NCBI GenBank assembly: GCA_964057225.1
Contig: OZ059895.1
Coordinates: 23,188,001 to 23,252,000, forward strand
Reading direction: 5' to 3'
Origin: Auanema rhodensis
Taxonomy: Eukaryota; Animalia; Nematoda
DNA: 64,000 nt
Made by a program: the position numbers and the translations under genes. The notes beneath the pieces were generated by a model. It saw only the letters and a list, made by a program, of their open reading frames with translations, was not told where the DNA came from and searched no databases. Positions 1 through 13,200 of this stretch are shown piece after piece (the stretch's first letter is position 1; each line of letters opens with the position of its first letter).

Positions 1-3000
1 TTTGAAATTTTTCGAAAAAATTTTTGTCAAAATGTTTTTGGAAGCAATGTTGAGTGTACATGGAAACTCAACATACACTAATGCATCATTTTTCAAACGA
101 TCACAACTAATTTTTGTATTAAGCGTTTCTCAATGTAGTATAGTGCATTCGATGCGGATTTTTAAGCTGCGTCGATCTGTTTTATCAGATTTGCGCTAGC
201 TTAAAAATGCACCGAAATATCAACTGATATAAGTTCACACTTATATCCTCGATTTTCACCCTGAAGAATTAATTTTTTCGTTGAATAACAATGTCCATCG
301 TCTTTGCCTTGAAAAAAGGAATCTAAAAACATCTACTTTTTGCTAAATTATTTTGAAATTTTTCGAAAAAATTTTTGTCAAAATGTTTTTGGAAGCAATG
401 TTGAGTGTACATGGAAACTCAACATACACTAATGCATCATTTTTCAAACGATCACAACTAATTTTTGTATTAAGCGTTTCTCAGTGTAGTATAGTGCATT
501 CGATGCGGATTTTTAAGCTGCGTCGATCTGTGTTATCAGATTTGAGCTAGTTTAAAAATGCACCGAGATATCAACTGATATATGTTCACACTTATATCCT
601 CGATTTTCACCCTGAAGAATTAATTTTTTCGTTGAATAACAATGTCCATCGTCTTTGCCTTGAAAAAAGGAATCTAAAAACATCTATTTTTTGCTAAATT
701 ATTTTGAAATTTTTCGAAAAAATTTTTGTCAAAATGTTTTTGGAAGCAATGTTGAGTGTACATGGAAACTCAACATACACTAATGCATCATTTTTCAAAC
801 GATCATAACTAATTTTTGTATTAAGCGTTTCTCAATGTAGTATAGTGCATTCGATGCAAATTTTTAAGCTGCGTCGATCTGTGTTATCAGATTTGCGCTA
901 GCTTAAAAATGCACCGAGATATCAACTGATATAAGTTCACACTTATATCCTCGATTTTCACCCTGAAGAATTAATTTTTTCGTTGAATAACAATGTCCAT
1001 CGTCTTTGCCTTGAAAAAAGAAATCTAAAAACATCTACTTTTTGCTAAATTATTTTGAAATTTTTCGAAAAAATTTTTGTCAAAATGTTTTTGGAAGCAA
1101 TGTTGAGTGTACATGGAAACTCAACATACACTAATGCATCATTTTTCAAACGATCATAACTAATTTTTGTATTAAGCGTTTCTCAATGTAGTATAGTGCA
1201 TTCGATGCAGATTTTTAAGCTGCGTCGATCTGTGTTATCAGATTTGCGCTAGCTTAAAAATGCACCGAGATATCAACTGATATAAGTTCACACTTATATC
1301 CTCGATTTTCACCCTGAAGAATTAATTTTTTCGTTGAATAACAATGTCCATCGTCTTTGCCTTGAAAAAAGAAATCTAAAAACATCTACTTTTTGCTAAA
1401 TTATTTTGAAATTTTTCGAAAAAATTTTTGTCAAAATGTTTTTGGAAGCAATGTTGAGTGTACATGGAAACTCAACATACACTAATGCATCATTTTTCAA
1501 ACGATCATAACTAATTTTTGTATTAAGCGTTTCTCAATGTAGTATAGTGCATTCGATGCGGATTTTTAAGCTGCGTCGATCTGTTTTATCAGATTTGCGC
1601 TAGCTTAAAAATGCACCGAAATATCAACTGATATAAGTTCACACTTATATCCTCGATTTTCACCCTGAAGAATTAATTTTTTCGTTGAATAACAATGTCC
1701 ATCGTCTTTGCCTTGAAAAAAGGAATCTAAAAACATCTACTTTTTGCTAAATTATTTTGAAATTTTTCGAAAAAATTTTTGTCAAAATGTTTTTGGAAGC
1801 AATGTTGAGTGTACATGGAAACTCAACATACACTAATGCATCATTTTTCAAACGATCACAACTAATTTTTGTATTAAGCGTTTCTCAATGTAGTATAGTG
1901 CATTCGATGCGGATTTTTAAGCTGCGTCGATCTGTGTTATCAGATTTGAGCTAGCTTAAAAATGCACCGAGATATCAACTGATATATGTTCACACTTATA
2001 TCCTCGATTTTCACCCTGAAGAATTAATTTTTTCGTTGAATAACAATGTCCATCGTCTTTGCCTTAAAAAAAGGAATCTAAAAACATCTACTTTTTGCTA
2101 AATTATTTTGAAATTTTTCGAAAAAATTTTTGTCAAAATGTTTTTGGAAGCAATGTTGAGTGTACATGGAAACTCAACATACACTAATGCATCATTTTTC
2201 AAACGATCATAACTAATTTTTGTATTAAGCGTTTCTCAATGTAGTATAGTGCATTCGATGCGGATTTTTAAGCTGCGTCGATCTGTGTTATCAGATTTGC
2301 GCTAGCTTAAAAATGCACCGAGATATCAACTGATATAAGTTCACACTTATATCCTCGATTTTCACCCTGAAGAATTAATTTTTTCGTTGAATAACATCGT
2401 CCATCGTCTTTGCCTTGTAAAAAGAAATCTAAAAACATCTACTTTTTGCTAAATTATTTTGAAATTTTTCGAAAAAAATTTTGTCAAAATGTTTTTGGAA
2501 GCAATGTTGAGTGTACATGGAAACTCAACATACACTAATGCATCATTTTTCAAACGATCATAACTAATTTTTGTATTAAGCGTTTCTCAATGTAGTATAG
2601 TGCATTCGATGCGGATTTTTAAGCTGCGTCGATCTGTTTTATCAGATTTGCGCTAGCTTAAAAATGCACCGAAATATCAACTGATATAAGTTCACACTTA
2701 TATCCTCGATTTTCACCCTGAAGAATTAATTTTTTCGTTGAATAACAATGTCCATCGTCTTTGCCTTGAAAAAAGGAATCTAAAAACATCTACTTTTTGC
2801 TAAATTATTTTGAAATTTTTCGAAAAAATTTTTGTCAAAATGTTTTTGGAAGCAATGTTGAGTGTACATGGAAACTCAACATACACTAATGCATCATTTT
2901 TCAAACGATCATAACTAATTTTTGTATTAAGCGTTTCTCAATGTAGTATAGTGCATTCGATGCGGATTTTTAAGCTGCGTCGATCTGTTTTATCAGATTT

Positions 3001-6000
3001 GCGCTAGCTTAAAAATGCACCGAAATATCAACTGATATAAGTTCACACTTATATCCTCGATTTTCACCCTGAAGAATTAATTTTTTCGTTGAATAACAAT
3101 GTCCATCGTCTTTGCCTTGAAAAAAGGAATCTAAAAACATCTACTTTTTGCTAAATTATTTTGAAATTTTTCGAAAAAATTTTTGTCAAAATGTTTTTGG
3201 AAGCAATGTTGAGTGTACATGGAAACTCAACATACACTAATGCATCATTTTTCAAACGATCACAACTAATTTTTGTATTAAGCGTTTCTCAGTGTAGTAT
3301 AGTGCATTCGATGCGGATTTTTAAGCTGCGTCGATCTGTGTTATCAGATTTGAGCTAGTTTAAAAATGCACCGAGATATCAACTGATATATGTTCACACT
3401 TATATCCTCGATTTTCACCCTGAAGAATTAATTTTTTCGTTGAATAACAATGTCCATCGTCTTTGCCTTGAAAAAAGGAATCTAAAAACATCTATTTTTT
3501 GCTAAATTATTTTGAAATTTTTCGAAAAAATTTTTGTCAAAATGTTTTTGGAAGCAATGTTGAGTGTACATGGAAACTCAACATACACTAATGCATCATT
3601 TTTCAAACGATCATAACTAATTTTTGTATTAAGCGTTTCTCAATGTAGTATAGTGCATTCGATGCAAATTTTTAAGCTGCGTCGATCTGTGTTATCAGAT
3701 TTGCGCTAGCTTAAAAATGCACCGAGATATCAACTGATATAAGTTCACACTTATATCCTCGATTTTCACCCTGAAGAATTAATTTTTTCGTTGAATAACA
3801 ATGTCCATCGTCTTTGCCTTGAAAAAAGAAATCTAAAAACATCTACTTTTTGCTAAATTATTTTGAAATTTTTCGAAAAAATTTTTGTCAAAATGTTTTT
3901 GGAAGCAATGTTGAGTGTACATGGAAACTCAACATACACTAATGCATCATTTTTCAAACGATCACAACTAATTTTTGTATTAAGCGTTTCTCAATGTAGT
4001 ATAGTGCATTCGATGCGGATTTTTAAGCTGCGTCGATCTGTGTTATCAGATTTGCGCTAGCTTAAAAATGCACCGAGATATCAACTGATATAAGTTCACA
4101 CTTATATCCTCGATTTTCACCCTGAAGAATTAATTTTTTCGTTGAATAACATCGTCCATCGTCTTTGCCTTGTAAAAATAAATCTAAAAACATCTACTTT
4201 TTGCTAAATTATTTTGAAATTTTTCGAAAAAAATTTTGTCAAAATGTTTTTGGAAGCAATGTTGAGTGTACATGGAAACTCAACATACACTAATGCATCA
4301 TTTTTCAAACGATCATAACTAATTTTTGTATTAAGCGTTTCTCAATGTAGTATAGTGCATTCGATGCAGATTTTTAAGCTGCGTCGATCTGTGTTATCAG
4401 ATTTGCGCTAGCTTAAAAATGCACCGAGATATCAACTGATATAAGTTCACACTTATATCCTCGATTTTCACCCTGAAGAATTAATTTTTTCGTTGAATAA
4501 CAATGTCCATCGTCTTTGCCTTGAAAAAAGAAATCTAAAAACATCTACTTTTTGCTAAATTATTTTGAAATTTTTCGAAAAAATTTTTGTCAAAATGTTT
4601 TTGGAAGCAATGTTGAGTGTACATGGAAACTCAACATACACTAATGCATCATTTTTCAAACGATCATAACTAATTTTTGTATTAAGCGTTTCTCAATGTA
4701 GTATAGTGCATTCGATGCGGATTTTTAAGCTGCGTCGATCTGTTTTATCAGATTTGCGCTAGCTTAAAAATGCACCGAAATATCAACTGATATAAGTTCA
4801 CACTTATATCCTCGATTTTCACCCTGAAGAATTAATTTTTTCGTTGAATAACAATGTCCATCGTCTTTGCCTTGAAAAAAGGAATCTAAAAACATCTACT
4901 TTTTGCTAAATTATTTTGAAATTTTTCGAAAAAATTTTTGTCAAAATGTTTTTGGAAGCAATGTTGAGTGTACATGGAAACTCAACATACACTAATGCAT
5001 CATTTTTCAAACGATCACAACTAATTTTTGTATTAAGCGTTTCTCAATGTAGTATAGTGCATTCGATGCGGATTTTTAAGCTGCGTCGATCTGTGTTATC
5101 AGATTTGAGCTAGCTTAAAAATGCACCGAGATATCAACTGATATATGTTCACACTTATATCCTCGATTTTCACCCTGAAGAATTAATTTTTTCGTTGAAT
5201 AACAATGTCCATCGTCTTTGCCTTGAAAAAAGGAATCTAAAAACATCTACTTTTTGCTAAATTATTTTGAAATTTTTCGAAAAAATTTTTGTCAAAATGT
5301 TTTTGGAAGCAATGTTGAGTGTACATGGAAACTCAACATACACTAATGCATCATTTTTCAAACGATCATAACTAATTTTTGTATTAAGCGTTTCTCAATG
5401 TAGTATAGTGCATTCGATGCGGATTTTTAAGCTGCGTCGATCTGTGTTATCAGATTTGCGCTAGCTTAAAAATGCACCGAGATATCAACTGATATAAGTT
5501 CACACTTATATCCTCGATTTTCACCCTGAAGAATTAATTTTTTCGTTGAATAACATCGTCCATCGTCTTTGCCTTGTAAAAAGAAATCTAAAAACATCTA
5601 CTTTTTGCTAAATTATTTTGAAATTTTTCGAAAAAAATTTTGTCAAAATGTTTTTGGAAGCAATGTTGAGTGTACATGGAAACTCAACATACACTAATGC
5701 ATCATTTTTCAAACGATCATAACTAATTTTTGTATTAAGCGTTTCTCAATGTAGTATAGTGCATTCGATGCGGATTTTTAAGCTGCGTCGATCTGTTTTA
5801 TCAGATTTGCGCTAGCTTAAAAATGCACCGAAATATCAACTGATATAAGTTCACACTTATATCCTCGATTTTCACCCTGAAGAATTAATTTTTTCGTTGA
5901 ATAACAATGTCCATCGTCTTTGCCTTGAAAAAAGGAATCTAAAAACATCTACTTTTTGCTAAATTATTTTGAAATTTTTCGAAAAAATTTTTGTCAAAAT

Positions 6001-8424
6001 GTTTTTGGAAGCAATGTTGAGTGTACATGGAAACTCAACATACACTAATGCATCATTTTTCAAACGATCACAACTAATTTTTGTATTAAGCGTTTCTCAA
6101 TGTAGTATAGTGCATTCGATGCGGATTTTTAAGCTGCGTCGATCTGTGTTATCAGATTTGAGCTAGCTTAAAAATGCACCGAGATATCAACTGATATATG
6201 TTCACACTTATATCCTCGATTTTCACCCTGAAGAATTAATTTTTTCGTTGAATAACAATGTCCATCGTCTTTGCCTTGAAAAAAGGAATCTAAAAACATC
6301 TACTTTTTGCTAAATTATTTTGAAATTTTTCGAAAAAATTTTTGTCAAAATGTTTTTGGAAGCAATGTTGAGTGTACATGGAAACTCAACATACACTAAT
6401 GCATCATTTTTCAAACGATCATAACTAATTTTTGTATTAAGCGTTTCTCAATGTAGTATAGTGCATTCGATGCGGATTTTTAAGCTGCGTCGATCTGTGT
6501 TATCAGATTTGCGCTAGCTTAAAAATGCACCGAGATATCAACTGATATAAGTTCACACTTATATCCTCGATTTTCACCCTGAAGAATTAATTTTTTCGTT
6601 GAATAACATCGTCCATCGTCTTTGCCTTGTAAAAAGAAATCTAAAAACATCTACTTTTTGCTAAATTATTTTGAAATTTTTCGAAAAAAATTTTGTCAAA
6701 ATGTTTTTGGAAGCAATGTTGAGTGTACATGGAAACTCAACATACACTAATGCATCATTTTTCAAACGATCATAACTAATTTTTGTATTAAGCGTTTCTC
6801 AATGTAGTATAGTGCATTCGATGCGGATTTTTAAGCTGCGTCGATCTGTTTTATCAGATTTGCGCTAGCTTAAAAATGCACCGAAATATCAACTGATATA
6901 AGTTCACACTTATATCCTCGATTTTCACCCTGAAGAATTAATTTTTTCGTTGAATAACAATGTCCATCGTCTTTGCCTTGAAAAAAGGAATCTAAAAACA
7001 TCTACTTTTTGCTAAATTATTTCGAAATTTTTCGAAAAAATTTTTGTCAAAATGTTTTTGGAAGCAATGTTGAGTGTACATGGAAACTCAACATACACTA
7101 ATGCATCATTTTTCAAACGATCATAACTAATTTTTGTATTAAGCGTTTCTCAATGTAGTATAGTGCATTCGATGCGGATTTTTAAGCTGCGTCAATCTGT
7201 TTTATCAGATTTGCGCTAGCTTAAAAATGCACCGAAATATCAACTGATATAAGTTCACACTTATATCCTCGATTTTCACCCTGAAGAATTAATTTTTTCG
7301 TTGAATAACAATGTCCATCGTCTTTGCCTTGAAAAAAGGAATCTAAAAACATCTACTTTTTGCTAAATTATTTTGAAATTTTTCGAAAAAATTTTTGTCA
7401 AAATGTTTTTGGAAGCAATGTTGAGTGTACATGGAAACTCAACATACACTAATGCATCATTTTTCAAACGATCACAACTAATTTTTGTATTAAGCGTTTC
7501 TCAATGTAGTATAGTGCATTCGATGCGGATTTTTAAGCTGCGTCGATCTGTGTTATCAGATTTGAGCTAGCTTAAAAATGCACCGAGATATCAACTGATA
7601 TATGTTCACACTTATATCCTCGATTTTCACCCTGAAGAATTAATTTTTTCGTTGAATAACAATGTCCATCGTCTTTGCCTTGAAAAAAGGAATCTAAAAA
7701 CATCTACTTTTTGCTGAATTATTTTGAAATTTTTCGAAAAAATTTTTGTCAAAATGTTTTTGGAAGCAATGTTGAGTGTACATGGAAACTCAACATACAC
7801 TAATGCATCATTTTTCAAACGATCATAACTAATTTTTGTATTAAGCGTTTCTCAATGTAGTATAGTGCATTCGATGCGGATTTTTAAGCTGCGTCGATCT
7901 GTGTTATCAGATTTGCGCTAGCTTAAAAATGCACCGAGATATCAACTGATATAAGTTCACACTTATATCCTCGATTTTCACCCTGAAGAATTAATTTTTT
8001 CGTTGAATAACATCGTCCATCGTCTTTGCCTTGTAAAAAGAAATCTAAAAACATCTACTTTTTGCTAAATTATTTTGAAATTTTTCGAAAAAAATTTTGT
8101 CAAAATGTTTTTGGAAGCAATGTTGAGTGTACATGGAAACTCAACATACACTAATGCATCATTTTTCAAACGATCATAACTAATTTTTGTATTAAGCGTT
8201 TCTCAATGTAGTATAGTGCATTCGATGCAGATTTTTAAGCTGCGTCGATCTGTGTTATCAGATTTGCGCTAGCTTAAAAATGCACCGAGATATCAACTGA
8301 TATAAGTTCACACTTATATCCTCGATTTTCACCCTGAAGAATTAATTTTTTCGTTGAATAACAATGTCCATCGTCTTTGCCTTGAAAAAAGAAATCTAAA
8401 AACATCTACTTTTTGCTAAATTAT

Positions 8425-11400
8425 TTTGAAATTTTTCGAAAAAATTTTTGTCAAAATGTTTTTGGAAGCAATGTTGAGTGTACATGGAAACTCAACATAC
8501 ACTAATGCATCATTTTTCAAACGATCATAACTAATTTTTGTATTAAGCGTTTCTCAATGTAGTATAGTGCATTCGATGCGGATTTTTAAGCTGCGTCGAT
8601 CTGTTTTATCAGATTTGCGCTAGCTTAAAAATGCACCGAAATATCAACTGATATAAGTTCACACTTATATCCTCGATTTTCACCCTGAAGAATTAATTTT
8701 TTCGTTGAATAACAATGTCCATCGTCTTTGCCTTGAAAAAAGGAATCTAAAAACATCTACTTTTTGCTAAATTATTTTGAAATTTTTCGAAAAAATTTTT
8801 GTCAAAATGTTTTTGGAAGCAATGTTGAGTGTACATGGAAACTCAACATACACTAATGCATCATTTTTCAAACGATCATAACTAATTTTTGTATTAAGCG
8901 TTTCTCAATGTAGTATAGTGCATTCGATGCGGATTTTTAAGCTGCGTCGATCTGTGTTATCAGATTTGAGCTAGCTTAAAAATGCACCGAGATATCAACT
9001 GATATATGTTCACACTTATATCCTCGATTTTCACCCTGAAGAATTAATTTTTTCGTTGAATAACAATGTCCATCGTCTTTGCCTTGAAAAAAGGAATCTA
9101 AAAACATCTACTTTTTGCTAAATTATTTTGAAATTTTTCGAAAAAATTTTTGTCAAAATGTTTTTGGAAGCAATGTTGAGTGTACATGGAAACTCAACAT
9201 ACACTAATGCATCATTTTTCAAACGATCATAACTAATTTTTGTATTAAGCGTTTCTCAATGTAGTATAGTGCATTCGATGCGGATTTTTAAGCTGCGTCG
9301 ATCTGTGTTATCAGATTTGCGCTAGCTTAAAAATGCACCGAGATATCAACTGATATATGTTCACACTTATATCCTCGATTTTCACCCTGAAGAATTAATT
9401 TTTTCGTTGAATAACATCGTCCATCGTCTTTGCCTTGTAAAAAGAAATCTAAAAACATCTACTTTTTGCTAAATTATTTTGAAATTTTTCGAAAAAAATT
9501 TTGTCAAAATGTTTTTGGAAGCAATGTTGAGTGTACATGGAAACTCAACATACACTAATGCATCATTTTTCAAACGATCATAACTAATTTTTGTATTAAG
9601 CGTTTCTCAATGTAGTATAGTGCATTCGATGCAGATTTTTAAGCTGCGTCGATCTGTGTTATCAGATTTGCGCTAGCTTAAAAATGCACCGAGATATCAA
9701 CTGATATAAGTTCACACTTATATCCTCGATTTTCACCCTGAAGAATTAATTTTTTCGTAGAATAACAATGTCCATCGTCTTTGCCTTGAAAAAAGAAATC
9801 TAAAAACATCTACTTTTTGCTAAATTATTTTGAAATTTTTCGAAAAAATTTTTGTCAAAATGTTTTTGGAAGCAATGTTGAGTGTACATGGAAACTCAAC
9901 ATACACTAATGCATCATTTTTCAAACGATCATAACTAATTTTTGTATTACGCGTTTCTCAATGTAGTATAGTGCATTCGATGCAGATTTTTAAGCTGCGT
10001 CGATCTGTGTTATCAGATTTGCGCTAGCTTAAAAATGCACCGAGATATCAACTGATATATGTTTACACTTATATCCTCGATTTTCACCCTGAAGAATTAA
10101 TTTTTTCGTTGAATAACAATGTCCATCGTCTTTGCCTTGAAAAAAGAAATCTAAAAACATCTACTTTTTGCTAAATTATTTTGAAATTTTTCGAAAAAAT
10201 TTTTGTCAAAATGTTTTTGGAAGCAATGTTGAGTGTACATGGAAACTCAACATACACTAATGCATCATTTTTCAAACGATCATAACTAATTTTTGTAATA
10301 AGCGTTTCTCAATGTAGTATAGTGCATTCGATGCAGATTTTTAAGCTGCGTCGATCTGTGTTATCAGATTTGCGCTAGCTTAAAAATGCACCGAGATATC
10401 AACTGATATATGTTCACACTTATATCCTCGATTTTCACCCTGAAGAATTAATTTTTTCGTTGAATAACAATGTCCATCGTCTTTGCCTTGAAAAAAAAAA
10501 TCTAAAAACATCTACTTTTTGCTAAATTATTTTGAAATTTTTCGAAAAAATTTTTGTCAAAATGTTTTTGGAAGCAATGTTGAGTGTACATGGAAACTCA
10601 ACATACACTAATGCATCATTTTTCAAACGATCATAACTAATTTTTGTATTAAGCGTTTCTCAATGTAGTATAGTGCATTCGATGCGGATTTTTAAGCTGC
10701 GTCGATCTGTGTTATCAGATTTGCGCTAGCTTAAAAATGCACCGAGATATCAACTGATATAAGTTCACACTTATATCCTCGATTTTCACCCTGAAGAATT
10801 AATTTTTTCGTTGAATAACAATGTCCATCGTCTTTGCCTTGAAAAAAGAAATCTAAAAACATCTACTTTTTGCTAAATTATTTTGAAATTTTTCGAAAAA
10901 ATTTTTGTCAAAATGTTTTTGGAAGCAATGTTGAGTGTACATGGAAACTCAACATACACTAATGCATCATTTTTCAAACGATCATAACTAATTTTTGTAT
11001 TAAGCGTTTCTCAATGTAGTATAGTGCATTCGATGCGGATTTTTAAGCTGCGTCGATCTGTTTTATCAGATTTGCGCTAGCTTAAAAATGCACCGAAATA
11101 TCAACTGATATAAGTTCACACTTATATCCTCGATTTTCACCCTGAAGAATTAATTTTTTCGTTGAATAACAATGTCCATCGTCTTTGCCTTGAAAAAAGG
11201 AATCTAAAAACATCTACTTTTTGCTAAATTATTTTGAAATTTTTCGAAAAAATTTTTGTCAAAATGTTTTTGGAAGCAATGTTGAGTGTACATGGAAACT
11301 CAACATACACTAATGCATCATTTTTCAAACGATCATAACTAATTTTTGTATTAAGCGTTTCTCAATGTAGTATAGTGCATTCGATGCGGATTTTTAAGCT

Positions 11401-13200
11401 GCGTCGATCTGTGTTATCAGATTTGAGCTAGCTTAAAAATGCACCGAGATATCAACTGATATATGTTCACACTTATATCCTCGATTTTCACCCTGAAGAA
11501 TTAATTTTTTCGTTGAATAACAATGTCCATCGTCTTTGCCTTGAAAAAAGGAATCTAAAAACATCTACTTTTTGCTAAATTATTTTGAAATTTTTCGAAA
11601 AAATTTTTGTCAAAATGTTTTTGGAAGCAATGTTGAGTGTACATGGAAACTCAACATACACTAATGCATCATTTTTCAAACGATCATAACTAATTTTTGT
11701 ATTAAGCGTTTCTCAATGTAGTATAGTGCATTCGATGCGGATTTTTAAGCTGCGTCGATCTGTGTTATCAGATTTGCGCTAGCTTAAAAATGCACCGAGA
11801 TATCAACTGATATATGTTCACACTTATATCCTCGATTTTCACCCTGAAGAATTAATTTTTTCGTTGAATAACATCGTCCATCGTCTTTGCCTTGTAAAAA
11901 GAAATCTAAAAACATCTACTTTTTGCTAAATTATTTTGAAATTTTTCGAAAAAAATTTTGTCAAAATGTTTTTGGAAGCAATGTTGAGTGTACATGGAAA
12001 CTCAACATACACTAATGCATCATTTTTCAAACGATCATAACTAATTTTTGTATTAAGCGTTTCTCAATGTAGTATAGTGCATTCGATGCAGATTTTTAAG
12101 CTGCGTCGATCTGTGTTATCAGATTTGCGCTAGCTTAAAAATGCACCGAGATATCAACTGATATAAGTTCACACTTATATCCTCGATTTTCACCCTGAAG
12201 AATTAATTTTTTCGTAGAATAACAATGTCCATCGTCTTTGCCTTGAAAAAAGAAATCTAAAAACATCTACTTTTTGCTAAATTATTTTGAAATTTTTCGA
12301 AAAAATTTTTGTCAAAATGTTTTTGGAAGCAATGTTGAGTGTACATGGAAACTCAACATACACTAATGCATCATTTTTCAAACGATCATAACTAATTTTT
12401 GTATTACGCGTTTCTCAATGTAGTATAGTGCATTCGATGCAGATTTTTAAGCTGCGTCGATCTGTGTTATCAGATTTGCGCTAGCTTAAAAATGCACCGA
12501 GATATCAACTGATATATGTTTACACTTATATCCTCGATTTTCACCCTGAAGAATTAATTTTTTCGTTGAATAACAATGTCCATCGTCTTTGCCTTGAAAA
12601 AAGAAATCTAAAAACATCTACTTTTTGCTAAATTATTTTGAAATTTTTCGAAAAAATTTTTGTCAAAATGTTTTTGGAAGCAATGTTGAGTGTACATGGA
12701 AACTCAACATACACTAATGCATCATTTTTCAAACGATCATAACTAATTTTTGTAATAAGCGTTTCTCAATGTAGTATAGTGCATTCGATGCAGATTTTTA
12801 AGCTGCGTCGATCTGTGTTATCAGATTTGCGCTAGCTTAAAAATGCACCGAGATATCAACTGATATATGTTCACACTTATATCCTCGATTTTCACCCTGA
12901 AGAATTAATTTTTTCGTTGAATAACAATGTCCATCGTCTTTGCCTTGAAAAAAAAAATCTAAAAACATCTACTTTTTGCTAAATTATTTTGAAATTTTTC
13001 GAAAAAATTTTTGTCAAAATGTTTTTGGAAGCAATGTTGAGTGTACATGGAAACTCAACATACACTAATGCATCATTTTTCAAACGATCATAACTAATTT
13101 TTGTATTAAGCGTTTCTCAATGTAGTATAGTGCATTCGATGCGGATTTTTAAGCTGCGTCGATCTGTGTTATCAGATTTGCGCTAGCTTAAAAATGCACC
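8425..13200. repeat. Local higher-order duplication, 7 monomers (2457 bp) x2
   Basis: Rare variants recur exactly 2457 bp apart: CGTAGAAT (~9759/12216), TATTACGCG (~9950/12407), A10 run (10491/12948). Boundaries are approximate. Confidence 0.9.

Noticed and set aside
109-117. AATTTTTGT Sm-site-like motif (also at 19-27), suggesting an SL, SmY or snRNA gene array, or a 5S array
   Set aside because: No recognisable SL exon, snRNA or 5S sequence on either strand; the motif is expected in T-tract-rich DNA. An Rfam cmscan would settle it.
175-199. Hairpin followed by CTAG, like a Helitron 3' end
   Set aside because: The CTAG lies inside the longer stem, the small hairpin is not GC-rich, and the array does not terminate there.
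226-247. Variants 232A>T and 241T>A hit the same base pair of the 9-bp stem (possible covariation)
   Set aside because: They do not co-occur: 241A units (~17088, ~19896) keep 232A. There is no compensatory evidence, and 232T commonly breaks the stem.
1-351. Internal ~175-bp or ~88-bp subrepeat within the monomer
   Set aside because: Only short AATTTTT(T)YG-like words recur; no extended alignment is visible by eye.
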